DNA from: a virus
Lineage: Duplodnaviria; Caudoviricetes
Strand: one strand, 5' to 3'
Length of the DNA stretch: 61,278 nucleotides
Virus record (IMG/VR): IMGVR_UViG_3300033153_009450
Coordinates: 1 to 61,278 of that record
Under the pieces are notes generated by a model. It was not told the origin of the DNA and did no database searches. It saw only the letters and a program-made list of their open reading frames with translations. The position numbers were made by a program, and so were the translations under genes. Positions within the stretch are counted from its first letter, which is position 1; each line of letters starts with the position of its first letter. Positions 44,848 through 55,105 of the stretch are shown here, in pieces.

Positions 44848-47800
44848 TCAAAGATCTTCTCTTAATACCTCATACTGATAACCCCATGCCAAAAAGGGCA
44901 CTCCCAGGGCCGTGCTTCCCGTGCTCGCGGAGAACTTAAATTGATGCGACCACGCTTTGAGTTTTTGCGATTTACAATCCCGCACATGGCGGTTGCTTCC
45001 GTTGACAGACATTGAATCCAGGGTTGTCGAGCCGGATGCGCCGTCCGCAAAATGCTCGATACTTATAGAAACAGTCTCCGAAATCTTTTTCGTAACCAGT
45101 TTCAACCTGCGAATGGACGTGTAATCCCATATATCGCCCGTAGGGACAAAATCAGCCGTCACAACAAACGCCTCCATGTCCTCGCCGTCCCAGTTATTCC
45201 CGTGCTCCAATCGCATCATATGGCCGTTGTCTCTCAGCCCGTAAACATACTGTGCGCCGTTGGTATCGGACACCCGGAACGCGGCCTGGGGATATGCGTT
45301 AGCCCCTTTAGGCACTATTTTTGTCCATTTCTTGCGAATCAGGTCGAATTCCAGCCATACATTGATTTCCGTCTGTCCGGTACCCGAGGGGATACCTAAA
45401 TTGTAAACCATGTTATCCGGGTCCACCCATCCGTCTGAGTTTTCAATGGCATCGAAATTGATACACCGGGTGTCGTGCTTGTTAAAATAGCACTTGATCC
45501 TCTCCCGGATAGGAACGATAACCGCCCCGTCAAACAGCACCGGGCCATTATAGCTTAACCACAGGGCGATGTTGCGCACCGCGTCTTCAGCGACCCCATA
45601 ACCGACCTCTGCCGTATCCATTGTTAGAGGGGCAGGGCACCCGACCGTCTCCGATATCTGGTACTTCCGCCAGGTATCCCTGTCATACCCGTTTAGTAAA
45701 TGTGTCTCGGTTGCCTTACAGAAAACACCCGTATTAAATATAGTAGAACCGAACCGGTTGTATATCTGGCACGCACAAACAAGATCTTCCTGACCTCCGA
45801 AATAAAGCGGGCCCGGAGATCCGAAACTGCTGTCTTCACCATTATAAACATCCGCCGAGTACATCATGCCATAATCAACGCGGTTCCCTTGTTTACCGGC
45901 CTTATATCCGCACAGCATGGGGCGATTCTGAAACATAAAGGGGAAAGCATATTCACCGGATATATTTCGCGGCGCCGGGATCCCCCCGACATAATCCACC
46001 CATACATTCGCGCTCAATGTCTGGGAAAATTTAAAACGGTAGCAGTATAATGGAATGGACTTGCTGATCTCGGTGCGGAATTCCACGTTATCATCGGGCG
46101 GGTTCCATGTGATCAGGCCGGATTTAGCAAAGGATTTATTGTCTTCCATGGTCCCGTCCGTGATTACCCCTACGTCAACCCAGTCATCCCCGTCATGGTA
46201 TTCCACGGTCAGGAGCGTATTGGCCGTTGTATTTACCTTGCCGCCTACAAGAACAACATTGACCCCCATGATCCGTTCATCAAAACTCATGACAACCCAG
46301 TCTGTTCCGGTCCCCAGACTGCTGATATCTGCATATGTGGCGGTATTGGCCGAACTGTAATCCTCTTCCGTAACGTTCAGGGTGTGCTCATTGTATGTGC
46401 TGTTGTCATAAACCAGAAACGCCACGGCTGTCCTTAGAACACCGTCCCAGATGTCTTTTATTGCCTGGAAAGGAGCATCGACTGATATGTGCGATATTGT
46501 AGTGGTGGCATCGGCGTCCGTAATCGAAATACGATACCAGTAAAGAACCGTGGAATTTATCGCCTTGATTTTTGCAATATCTACCGTGCTGTCAAAACTG
46601 ATAATGCCCGTCTGGGCTAATGGAACGCCGCCGCTTGCAGTACCGTCTGAAAGACCGGTCACGGCGGCCCATCCGCTGCCATCCCAATAATCCAACGATA
46701 ATGTGCCTGCTGTTGTGTTTGCGGTCTTTACGTATATTTTTTTGGCCTTTAGCGGCCTGGTTGAGCCTATATACCCATATGTCCGGGTTGTTGCCGAACC
46801 GTAAGCTGCAAGAGGAATCTCAAACGCACCCGTGTGCCTGGCAGAATTGGATACGCGGTATTCGTCCATGTACCCTGCATAATAATCGGTCCCGTCATAT
46901 CCTATTCTCACGACCTGTGTATAATCCGCTGCCCGGTTTGCGTCCGATAAATATGCCTTCTGGACCCCGTCAACAAATATCCACCAGTTATCGCCCGATT
47001 CCACAAGCTCAATATGATACCAGGTGCCCGCGCTGATAACCCCGTTTTCCGTTGCAAGCGCAACAACCTCTACGCCTGCGTCAAAAATAGACAGCTTGAC
47101 CGCGCCGTTCTCGTCCACATGAAACGAAAAGTAATTGGTTGCGTCTGTCTCCTGGTAATAAATAGGTGCGACCTTTCCTGCAGCGGGCAGGGAACTTAAA
47201 CGGAATCGGCCATCGATGGTGAATGTCCCGCCGGATAAATCAAAGTCCGGGTCATCAGGTATGGTCATATTCCCGGTTGTGCCGTTGAACACAGCCGAAT
47301 GTGTCCCGAATACCTTGACCGAACTGTTGTAGGTTATATTATTGGCCGTTACCGTGTGTGGTGTGGCAGGGCTGGAATCCGTGACATTATTGTCAAGATG
47401 AAGGAGCAACATGGTATTTGCATCAACGCTTTCCGATACCCTGTGCAGCGTGGCGATGTTCTTTGCATCATCTTCCGTATTGGCAATAACCTCCGAAAAG
47501 TCATAGCTGAAATCGCCCGAAGGATCGTAATTGATAAAACCGGCTGCCCGCATCTCATTACCGGCATAGACCATCATCTCCTTGCCGTTCCCGTAAGCGA
47601 TGTTGCCGCCCGGAAATTTTGAAAATCGGCCCAGACCGGTGCCGGATTTATCCGTATGAACCACGGTCGCCTCAAAATCGCCCTGGTCCGGTATGGTTGC
47701 TTTGTTCTCCAGGACAGCCGAAGCATCTCCGGCTGCGTTTTTTGCCTGGATCAATATACGGGAATTGCCGGAATAGGGACTCTTTAACTGTATGCCGCTC

Positions 47801-48000
47801 CGGCCTTTGAGATACGTGGCAAGGGCGGTCGTATTTATCTTGGTGTACCCAAGAATGCCTTCAACGCCCACCTTGCCGTAACGGTAATTCTGGATATCCG
47901 CAAAGTTCTTTTCACCGATCTTGAGCGGATCTTCATCCGGGATCCACTCCCCCATAAAAAGAAACTGTTTTCTCTTATATTTTGTCCCTTCAACACTCAT
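44848..48000 (-). CDS. Tail nozzle/stabilisation-type protein with LamG (concanavalin A-like) domain
   Basis: LLLHLD...FTIDGRF...WYHIELV...IFVDG...YAGYMDEYRVS; podovirus gene order. Confidence 0.75.
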   Translation of the reverse strand: MSVEGTKYKRKQFLFMGEWIPDEDPLKIGEKNFADIQNYRYGKVGVEGILGYTKINTTALATYLKGRSGIQLKSPYSGNSRILIQAKNAAGDASAVLENKATIPDQGDFEATVVHTDKSGTGLGRFSKFPGGNIAYGNGKEMMVYAGNEMRAAGFINYDPSGDFSYDFSEVIANTEDDAKNIATLHRVSESVDANTMLLLHLDNNVTDSSPATPHTVTANNITYNSSVKVFGTHSAVFNGTTGNMTIPDDPDFDLSGGTFTIDGRFRLSSLPAAGKVAPIYYQETDATNYFSFHVDENGAVKLSIFDAGVEVVALATENGVISAGTWYHIELVESGDNWWIFVDGVQKAYLSDANRAADYTQVVRIGYDGTDYYAGYMDEYRVSNSARHTGAFEIPLAAYGSATTRTYGYIGSTRPLKAKKIYVKTANTTAGTLSLDYWDGSGWAAVTGLSDGTASGGVPLAQTGIISFDSTVDIAKIKAINSTVLYWYRISITDADATTTISHISVDAPFQAIKDIWDGVLRTAVAFLVYDNSTYNEHTLNVTEEDYSSANTATYADISSLGTGTDWVVMSFDERIMGVNVVLVGGKVNTTANTLLTVEYHDGDDWVDVGVITDGTMEDNKSFAKSGLITWNPPDDNVEFRTEISKSIPLYCYRFKFSQTLSANVWVDYVGGIPAPRNISGEYAFPFMFQNRPMLCGYKAGKQGNRVDYGMMYSADVYNGEDSSFGSPGPLYFGGQEDLVCACQIYNRFGSTIFNTGVFCKATETHLLNGYDRDTWRKYQISETVGCPAPLTMDTAEVGYGVAEDAVRNIALWLSYNGPVLFDGAVIVPIRERIKCYFNKHDTRCINFDAIENSDGWVDPDNMVYNLGIPSGTGQTEINVWLEFDLIRKKWTKIVPKGANAYPQAAFRVSDTNGAQYVYGLRDNGHMMRLEHGNNWDGEDMEAFVVTADFVPTGDIWDYTSIRRLKLVTKKISETVSISIEHFADGASGSTTLDSMSVNGSNRHVRDCKSQKLKAWSHQFKFSASTGSTALGVPFLAWGYQYEVLREDL

Positions 48001-48043
48001 CTTCTTTTCTTTCTTTCCTGTGAGCTATGAGCTTTGAGCTTTT

Positions 48044-48955
48044 TTACCCTTGTATTCTGGCCTGTGCCGTCTCACGCCTCATCCGTGTAACCTCGGCGGC
48101 AAACAACCCGCCGATCTTATCAGACTCCTTAAATTCCCTCTTAGGCATCTTGAACAGTGCGGCTGCCCCCGCAGCAATCGCCTTGCACGCCCTGGGTGAT
48201 ATGCGCCAGAACCCGTAATCCGAAAAAACAGGGGTCGGCAAACAAACATACGGAAAAGTGAACACGTCCCCGCTGCTCTCGGACGGGGCGTCTAAAAAAA
48301 TCTGCTTTTCCGCCGCAGGCTGGATGATGTATGAATCCCCGTTCGTAAAATCATCATCCGTGCCCTCGAAAAGCGCCACAACAAGATGCGTATCGTCCGT
48401 GACGCTCAACACGTAGCCATCAGATCCGTCCGTGGTATTATGGATAATATCTCGCGGATAGACCTTGTTTGTGGTGTTAAAGAGCATGGAAGCATCGTGC
48501 AGTATGCACTGGCCTCCGCTCTTAGCACCGTCCGAATCGACCGTGCCCTGGATCAGATCTTCCTTGTCAGCCTTGTCGATAACCGCAAACCTGCCGGGCG
48601 TGCTTCTCTCCGTGGTGTAATTGGCCCTGAAAAGCTTTTCATAACTGGCCATCGTGACCCAGGAATAGTTTGCCCCGTCATAATACCGGGCAATATACTT
48701 ACTCCGGGTGTCTTTCATGTGCGGGCGTACATAATCGGGGGGGATATCGTAATTCTGCTGGGATGCAACCATGGTTATATCGAACATCTTATGGAGGATG
48801 CCGGTCTCGCGGGCGAAGATCTGGACTGATAAATCAAGGTTCTCATAAATTTCGCGTGCGCCCGCGTAAAGATCCGATACGGTATCTTCATCTAAAAAAT
48901 CCAACACTGCCTGAGTCAATTTCTTCCCGTCCATCTTTATCCCCCTGCCCTCCAT
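48044..48955 (-). CDS. Head-tail adaptor-like protein (start probably 48934)
   Basis: FARETGIL...QQNYDIPPD; position. Confidence 0.65.
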   Translation of the reverse strand: MEGRGIKMDGKKLTQAVLDFLDEDTVSDLYAGAREIYENLDLSVQIFARETGILHKMFDITMVASQQNYDIPPDYVRPHMKDTRSKYIARYYDGANYSWVTMASYEKLFRANYTTERSTPGRFAVIDKADKEDLIQGTVDSDGAKSGGQCILHDASMLFNTTNKVYPRDIIHNTTDGSDGYVLSVTDDTHLVVALFEGTDDDFTNGDSYIIQPAAEKQIFLDAPSESSGDVFTFPYVCLPTPVFSDYGFWRISPRACKAIAAGAAALFKMPKREFKESDKIGGLFAAEVTRMRRETAQARIQG

Positions 48956-49009
48956 AGCCTTGGCGACGGAGGGTTCTTTCCTGTGAGCTTCTTTTTTGCC
49001 TTCAGTCTT

Positions 49010-49327
49010 CTACCTTCTACCTTTAACCTTTTTTTGTACCGCCTTCACGGCATCTTCAATAGACACCTTCTTATTGGCCTCGGGCACTATAATCTCACAG
49101 GTCTTGATTTGGACGGTGAACCTCTTTCCCGGATCCCACTCATCCGCCTTGTCACTGACTGAAGTTACCTCGCCCTTTACCACGACCGTCACATTCTCTC
49201 CCACGTTCGCGTCGCTGAAACCTTTTGGTTGCACCTTGCCGTCTTTGGGAAAACTCAATCTTAACTTAGGCTTCTCTTTCGGTTCTGCCATTGTGCTTAC
49301 CTCCTTTACTGGTCCTATTGTTGCCAT
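49010..49327 (-). CDS. Hypothetical protein
   Basis: OB-like VGENVTVVVKGEVTSV. Confidence 0.55.
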   Translation of the reverse strand: MATIGPVKEVSTMAEPKEKPKLRLSFPKDGKVQPKGFSDANVGENVTVVVKGEVTSVSDKADEWDPGKRFTVQIKTCEIIVPEANKKVSIEDAVKAVQKKVKGRR

Positions 49328-49336
49328 TATTAACCC

Positions 49337-51106
49337 CTAAAATGGCTTAATAACCATCGTCTGCTGTTTTATTTTATCATTTAAATTCGCGCATTCGCCT
49401 TTGAACAGCACGGTAACACCGCTGGTTGTATCTTGGGTGGCTGTCTCGTATCCTTGCATCATTGTTGTGCCGGACCAGCAAACCCAGGATATTTTTTGAG
49501 AGTTCAAGATATTATTATAATTCATAATTTCAGCTTCAAATCGCCAGTCTTCTGTATCATTATTTGGATCAACTATTGTCACACCTGACTCTGTCCCCCA
49601 ATGAAACCATATTGCCTTAGTGTTGTTTGCGCCCTGTTTTGTCCCGGAGGCGGTTATCTTTAGGCCGCCGTGCATCCCCATATTATCTGCCGGCACAACA
49701 TAGCTCATCAGATCGTCTACGCCGGTCCCCGATGTCTCCACGGTTACATCCTGTTTTTCGGTCGAGCCGATCTTAGATACAATACAGGAAGGCCCTGCTT
49801 GATAATAAGAAAGATTCCCGATAATATTACAATGGCTTCCCGCAGCACCATGTATATAGGCATACGCGACCGTATCACCGCCCATGTGACCGCCGATAAT
49901 CTGGCTTGTATGAGTACCTGGAATCCACATGCGAACAACATAACGTTGATACCGAATTGTAGTTCCACGACAACCAATTACATTGGCTGTACCTGAACAA
50001 AATAATCCGGCATTGCCGGCGGCCAAACTCCCTGCGCTTTCCCAGTTATTCTCAAAGTGTGCACCTATAACTATAGATCCGCCTGAGTTTGCAAGATAAA
50101 CACCATATTCTTGTGCGGTGAGAAAAGTTCCGCCATATATATTCACGTCACCAACCGGACTTTCAACATAAACACCGTTCTTCCCATACCTTGTCTGACA
50201 ATTAACAAGATCGATGCTCGATATAGGCCCGTGCGCTCCGTTATCAAAATGCAAACCATACCCGGATACATTACTGCTATGGGCGTCGGCCCGGACATTC
50301 ATCAAACTGCATTCAAAAATATCATTAATAAAATAAATTCCTGTTCCGGCGAATCCTTTCAAATTCAAGTCTGTCAAACTTAGTTCATAAATTGCATGAT
50401 TTGAGCCTAAATCGTCACCATCCAATTTTATAAGGCCATCTTCGTTCTGACTGCCTACAACCGTCAACCCCTGAACAGTGAAGTATCTGATATAGGCATT
50501 GGCTGTAATAGTCAGCAACACGCCGGTCGACAGGCCGCTGGTCAATTTAGAACCATAGCCGTCAATTACTGCCGCCCCTTCTATATTTGAGGTAACAGTT
50601 TTTGAAATAGCGGTGTTGCATAGATAGTTTTTGCCAGGGACAAATTGGAAATTTCCCGGCACTGTCCTTTGCAGCCAGTGCGTCAGGGCAACATCTATGG
50701 CGTCATGGTCATCCGTTGAACCGTCGCCTTTGGCCCCCCACCACTCGGATATAATAGCATCGACAATCATGTTTCCGGTGACGGTTACGCCGCTGCCGAA
50801 TATCTGCCATTCACCTGCATCGACAACACAATCGTCTAATTTTAACTCAACATCTGAACCTGTTATTTTTCCATTAGGCCCAAATATAAGTGAGGCGGTT
50901 TTCGGTACGGTCACGCCGGATGTTAATGCCTGGGTATCGGTAATCAAAAGAGTGGTCGGAGTTGACCCGACAATGGATAATGCCTCGGCCAGGCCGCCGT
51001 ATCTGTTCACATTCCGGCCAATCTGATCCCCGGTCGCACCCGCGTATTCGGCAAAAAACAAAATCAAAAGGAAAAACGAAATAAATATGCTAAATTTTCT
51101 TCGCAT
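49337..51106 (-). CDS. Tailspike-like beta-helix protein with N-terminal signal peptide
   Basis: MRRKFSIFISFFLLILFFAEYAGA; WWGAKGDGSTDD; beta-helix-like repeats; AAGGAG RBS. Confidence 0.75.
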   Translation of the reverse strand: MRRKFSIFISFFLLILFFAEYAGATGDQIGRNVNRYGGLAEALSIVGSTPTTLLITDTQALTSGVTVPKTASLIFGPNGKITGSDVELKLDDCVVDAGEWQIFGSGVTVTGNMIVDAIISEWWGAKGDGSTDDHDAIDVALTHWLQRTVPGNFQFVPGKNYLCNTAISKTVTSNIEGAAVIDGYGSKLTSGLSTGVLLTITANAYIRYFTVQGLTVVGSQNEDGLIKLDGDDLGSNHAIYELSLTDLNLKGFAGTGIYFINDIFECSLMNVRADAHSSNVSGYGLHFDNGAHGPISSIDLVNCQTRYGKNGVYVESPVGDVNIYGGTFLTAQEYGVYLANSGGSIVIGAHFENNWESAGSLAAGNAGLFCSGTANVIGCRGTTIRYQRYVVRMWIPGTHTSQIIGGHMGGDTVAYAYIHGAAGSHCNIIGNLSYYQAGPSCIVSKIGSTEKQDVTVETSGTGVDDLMSYVVPADNMGMHGGLKITASGTKQGANNTKAIWFHWGTESGVTIVDPNNDTEDWRFEAEIMNYNNILNSQKISWVCWSGTTMMQGYETATQDTTSGVTVLFKGECANLNDKIKQQTMVIKPF

Positions 51107-51124
51107 GACAACTCCTTAATTCAC

Positions 51125-51150
51125 TGGTTCCGATGCTCTGCGTCGGAACC
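51125..51150. repeat. Family D palindrome, representative copy
   Basis: TGGTTCCGATGCTCTGCGTCGGAACC; also near 22493, 22561, 44006, 53966 and 60922, with a variant at 19703. Confidence 0.9.
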
Positions 51151-51160
51151 TTTCAACTTC

Positions 51161-51550
51161 CTAAAATTCTATATGGGTTGAAACACCATCACCCGTCAGC
51201 TTTATCGTCTGGTATTGCCCGGTCAGCTTTCCGCTTGTAGCCCCTTCGATGGTATCCGCACCGGCACGGGTATAAGTTATAACGCCAGTACCGGAATTCG
51301 CTATCTTTACGGTCCATTCTTTGCTTGCAAGGGCCAGGGTGATGGTCAACGTCCCGGTTGCAAAAATAACCTCATTATCATGGCTGACAGTGTAATCGCC
51401 CGTGACTCTCGTAACATATGTGGACCGGACGTATTGCTGCTTGACTCTTTTGGTTTTCGGAATAGACATATCCACACATAATAATAAGTCTTCCGAGGCC
51501 ATAGGCTCGGCAAGTTCCTCTAACTGGGTTATTCTCTGCCCCTCGCTCAT
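51161..51550 (-). CDS. Tail-fibre-associated protein
   Basis: RITQL...DLLLCVD...TKRV; GADTIEG module. Confidence 0.6.
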   Translation of the reverse strand: MSEGQRITQLEELAEPMASEDLLLCVDMSIPKTKRVKQQYVRSTYVTRVTGDYTVSHDNEVIFATGTLTITLALASKEWTVKIANSGTGVITYTRAGADTIEGATSGKLTGQYQTIKLTGDGVSTHIEF

Positions 51551-51598
51551 TTGCCCTCTCTCTCTACCTTCAGCCTTCTACCTTCAGCCTTCTTCACA

Positions 51599-51862
51599 TT
51601 AGATCCTTTGTTCCGTAATCAACCACTTGCCGTCTTCCGTGATCAATGGCCCTGCCGTTTCCGTATATATAATTCGCCTGAATTTACTTGTGCCTTCGCC
51701 TATAAACGCGAAACGGTCATCCTCTTCAATGACCATTGTGGAGGGATACTTCCCGCAACGAGGGCAGCGCTCCGTATCTTCCTGCATCTCTTCATCTGCT
51801 ACCCATATATGTCCGCAATATTTACACATATTCACGGGCATATCTGTTATCGGTCCTGACAT
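51599..51862 (-). CDS. Small zinc-ribbon protein with LITEDG motif
   Basis: CKYC...CPRC; LITEDGKWLITE. Confidence 0.55.
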   Translation of the reverse strand: MSGPITDMPVNMCKYCGHIWVADEEMQEDTERCPRCGKYPSTMVIEEDDRFAFIGEGTSKFRRIIYTETAGPLITEDGKWLITEQRI

Positions 51863-51906
51863 ATCCCCTCACTCAGCCTTCAGTCTTCAGCCTTTAACCT
51901 TCTACC

Positions 51907-52878
51907 TTAGAATTCAAGCGATCCGGCCTTAACCAACAGCTCCACCTTTTCGGCTGCTGTCTTTGCCACAATCTGATCCAGACTTTTCATCAGCGAAACA
52001 GGGTCAACAGACTGTTCGATTTTCTCAATTTTCTTGATGGCATCCTTGGCCTTATCTTTTTTCAATTGCGCCTTAAACTCCTTCACCCTGGCTTCTGCAA
52101 TTAATTTTGCACCGGAGGCTGCCTCCTCGTCCGCCTTAGTCCCGCTTTCAGGCGGGGCGGCGGATTCTTTTTCCTTGGCTTCATACTCTGCTCTTATTTT
52201 AGCCTCTGCCGCATCCAGGGGCGCTTCAATTTCAGCTTTTACTTCTTCCCTGAGCGCAACGTCTTCTTCTTCCCTTTGAGCTATGAGCTGTGAGCTATGA
52301 GCGTCTTCTTCTTCCCCTTCAGTCTTCAGCCTTCCACCTTCAACCTCTTCCTTTACTTCCACAACCTCATATCGGTACCCGGAAATCTCGATAACATTGG
52401 CAAATCCCCACCATTCCGGCCTGGTCTCAAACCATTCATACCAGGTAGAAGGATCTGAAAATGCATCCCGGGCCCGTGTCGTTACAGGTCGCCGGATATA
52501 CAGGATCATATCCAGATCGCTGGAATCGCCCGATACACTTTCCAGTACGCCCTGGCTCTGCCGCTCCTGTAGATCCTGTTCCTGTTTTCTGTAATAATCG
52601 GCTGACTTTCTTGCCCCAACCCTGTTCCACCACAACTGGGCTAACTTTCTCTGGGCCGGGCTGGAAATTATATCCAATTCCGCTTCATTCAAGGCGGGGG
52701 CACCATCCTTATAGCCATACGTTCCGTCCGCGTGCAGGAACAACTGTTTTCCGCCGCCTTCGGTCCATGCACGAATGACCTTTACGACCCGGTTCCTGAC
52801 CCTCCCCTGTCCATCTTTTATTTTGATATAAAGTGTCTGCATGTCTTGTCTCCCTTTTTGTTTTGAATGACCCAGCAC
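51907..52878 (-). CDS. Hypothetical head/neck-region protein (start probably 52842)
   Basis: GGGAG RBS; carries in-frame repeat-derived peptides. Confidence 0.6.
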   Translation of the reverse strand: MLGHSKQKGRQDMQTLYIKIKDGQGRVRNRVVKVIRAWTEGGGKQLFLHADGTYGYKDGAPALNEAELDIISSPAQRKLAQLWWNRVGARKSADYYRKQEQDLQERQSQGVLESVSGDSSDLDMILYIRRPVTTRARDAFSDPSTWYEWFETRPEWWGFANVIEISGYRYEVVEVKEEVEGGRLKTEGEEEDAHSSQLIAQREEEDVALREEVKAEIEAPLDAAEAKIRAEYEAKEKESAAPPESGTKADEEAASGAKLIAEARVKEFKAQLKKDKAKDAIKKIEKIEQSVDPVSLMKSLDQIVAKTAAEKVELLVKAGSLEF

Positions 52879-52935
52879 TTAGTTTCAAGTGCTGGGTCTA
52901 CCTTCAGCCTTCTACCTTCGGCCTTCAGCCTATTT

Positions 52936-53295
52936 TCACTCCCCAATCATCAACAAAACCACCGACCTCTCCGCCGGGTTGCCGGAATATTCGGCGCTGT
53001 CCTCGACACTCGTGCCTGCGTCGTACATGGCTATTTTGTTGTTGGTTGCATCGTACTTATATACATAGGTATCCATGGCAGAGGGCATAGGGATCGCAAA
53101 TTTGACCTCCCTCTGGAATCCGAACCTGCCGATGGCAGGCATTGGCACGCCGCCTGCCGGATAACTCTTTGATCCGTCACCGAACTTAACCGTGGCAATG
53201 GATATGTTCTTCCTGATAGCCCCATGACCTATATCCCGCTCCCGGGATGCAAGGGTCACAGTGACATCCGTGGCTACAAGATCCCCCATTTTCAA
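52936..53295 (-). CDS. Putative capsid decoration protein
   Basis: FGDGSKSYPAGG...YKYD; follows the capsid gene. Confidence 0.55.
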   Translation of the reverse strand: MKMGDLVATDVTVTLASRERDIGHGAIRKNISIATVKFGDGSKSYPAGGVPMPAIGRFGFQREVKFAIPMPSAMDTYVYKYDATNNKIAMYDAGTSVEDSAEYSGNPAERSVVLLMIGE

Positions 53296-53317
53296 ACACC
53301 TCCTTTTTTGTTAATGT

Positions 53318-53346
53318 CCCCCGCACTTTGTTTCAAAGTGCGGGGG
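53318..53346. repeat. Family G palindrome (CCCCGCACTT...AAGTGCGGGG)
   Basis: Also at 14586 and 52871. Confidence 0.8.
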
Positions 53347-53389
53347 CTACTTCCCTTCAGCCTTCAGGCTAAATACCTTTAACCTTCTT

Positions 53390-53872
53390 TTATGCCGTTG
53401 CCTGCATACTGGAGATGTTAGCCGGGGTTTCAGGCATATACTTGACTAACAATTGCGGCCATACCGTGCCTTGGCCGGTTGCACCGGTAACTACCCTCAC
53501 GACAACCTCGTCTCCCGGATCAAGGATGGTCCCTTTGGCTACCTCGTCATAAGCAACGTCACCTTCCGCACTTACGCCGGTAACGCCTAAGTTTATATCT
53601 CCGATATCACCCTCTCCTCTGGCCGTATTCGAACCGGCGGTCGGGCGATGATCAAATTTCAACCGGGGCGTTCCGCCCATCCCTTCGGTGACAACAAGCT
53701 GGGCAATATGTACCTCACATTTATAGGGGATAACAAACTTTCCGATATCCCCGGCCTCATCCGTAGTCGTACCGGTAGCATGACCAGCCAGGTCTACCCC
53801 GTCATTATCTACAGTTGTCCCGCTCTCATTCATCTTGAAAACGAGACTGATTGGTTCTCCGCTTCGTAACAT
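53390..53872 (-). CDS. Putative capsid decoration/cement protein
   Basis: Beta-rich, directly after the capsid gene; AAGGAGG RBS. Confidence 0.55.
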   Translation of the reverse strand: MLRSGEPISLVFKMNESGTTVDNDGVDLAGHATGTTTDEAGDIGKFVIPYKCEVHIAQLVVTEGMGGTPRLKFDHRPTAGSNTARGEGDIGDINLGVTGVSAEGDVAYDEVAKGTILDPGDEVVVRVVTGATGQGTVWPQLLVKYMPETPANISSMQATA

Positions 53873-53997
53873 GATTTATTACCTCCTTAATTGGATTGAA
53901 GGTATTTAGGCTGAAGGCTGAAATAGCTTTCTTTCCTTCAGTCTTCTACCTTCGACCTTTAACCCTGGTTCCGATGCTCTGCGTCGGAACCAATTGT

Positions 53998-54966
53998 TTA
54001 CGCGCTTGCAATCCTCACAATCCGCGCTTCCATGTCGGTGGCCGTAGGGAACTTTGTGCCGAATGCCACAAGGCCATACCAGGCCACAGCGCCACGACGC
54101 CCGAAATCGCCTAAGTAATTGGGTTGCGCCCGCAGATGCGGATATTCCACCTCGATGCGTGCCACGGCATCCTCACCGAAAATAACTCCCTCGCCCAACA
54201 CATTGCCGCTTCCGACTGAATTGGACAGGGCGCTCTCGTTTTCGACCTCGATGCACCGCACGTTCTCCACCTGGCCGATCTCGCCGCGATAGATATGGTC
54301 CCCCTTCTGGAGATACAGGTTCCACGCCTCGATCACCTTATCGTCCCGCAGGCCGCGAAGTCCCTTTGTAGAAATCAGGCCGATATAGTGCTCTCCGTCA
54401 CCCCAGAAAGGCACATGCAGATCCTTAACCATATAGTCGCGGATAGCGGAAAGATGGTCCTTGGTCAGGTTTACCAATGCGGTAGTGGAGGGCGTACCGT
54501 CCGTATCCCATGTCCCGCCCGTAAGGCTGGTCGGGATAAAGATCACCTTGACATCGGTGCCGGTAAACTCCGCAGCCGCCGCATTGTCCATAGCCTTATT
54601 CATTTGAAGGGTGAGGGCCTTCTGTGCTCCCTCTTTGGGGTTAAACTTGGAAAGCTGCATTGCAAGATTGGTATATTCAACGCCGCGCCCCCATTCCTTA
54701 ATGGTAATGGTTTGCTTTCCCATTGTGAGCTGATCAATCGGGATGCGGATATCCTCGGTCAACTGGGCGTTTGTCGGATCGCTCAGGGCCTTGTAATACA
54801 GCAGCGTGATTGATTCGCCCTTGCCTTTGCCGAAGGAGTCTTCCTTATTCGTAAACGGAACGAATTTGAATTTCCTTGCGGCTAACGTCAAAAGCTTACC
54901 GGACAGCGTATGATTCTTATACACTCCGGTCGCTGCATCATATGTCCATGTAAACGTTGCACCCAT
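53998..54966 (-). CDS. Major capsid protein (N4-gp56-like, HK97 fold)
   Basis: GKGKGESI, EWG, GEIG..ENVR, DFGR...AWY; follows the scaffold gene. Confidence 0.88.
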   Translation of the reverse strand: MGATFTWTYDAATGVYKNHTLSGKLLTLAARKFKFVPFTNKEDSFGKGKGESITLLYYKALSDPTNAQLTEDIRIPIDQLTMGKQTITIKEWGRGVEYTNLAMQLSKFNPKEGAQKALTLQMNKAMDNAAAAEFTGTDVKVIFIPTSLTGGTWDTDGTPSTTALVNLTKDHLSAIRDYMVKDLHVPFWGDGEHYIGLISTKGLRGLRDDKVIEAWNLYLQKGDHIYRGEIGQVENVRCIEVENESALSNSVGSGNVLGEGVIFGEDAVARIEVEYPHLRAQPNYLGDFGRRGAVAWYGLVAFGTKFPTATDMEARIVRIASA

Positions 54967-55105
54967 TTTTTACTCCTTTCTTTCTTCGGCCTTCAGCCTT
55001 CAGCCCCTGTCCGTCTTAGCCCTGAGTTCATCGAAGGGCGGCGGCGGATTCAGCCTCTTTTCTTTCTTCCTTTGAGCTTTGAGCTTTCAGCTTTGAGCTT
55101 CATCT

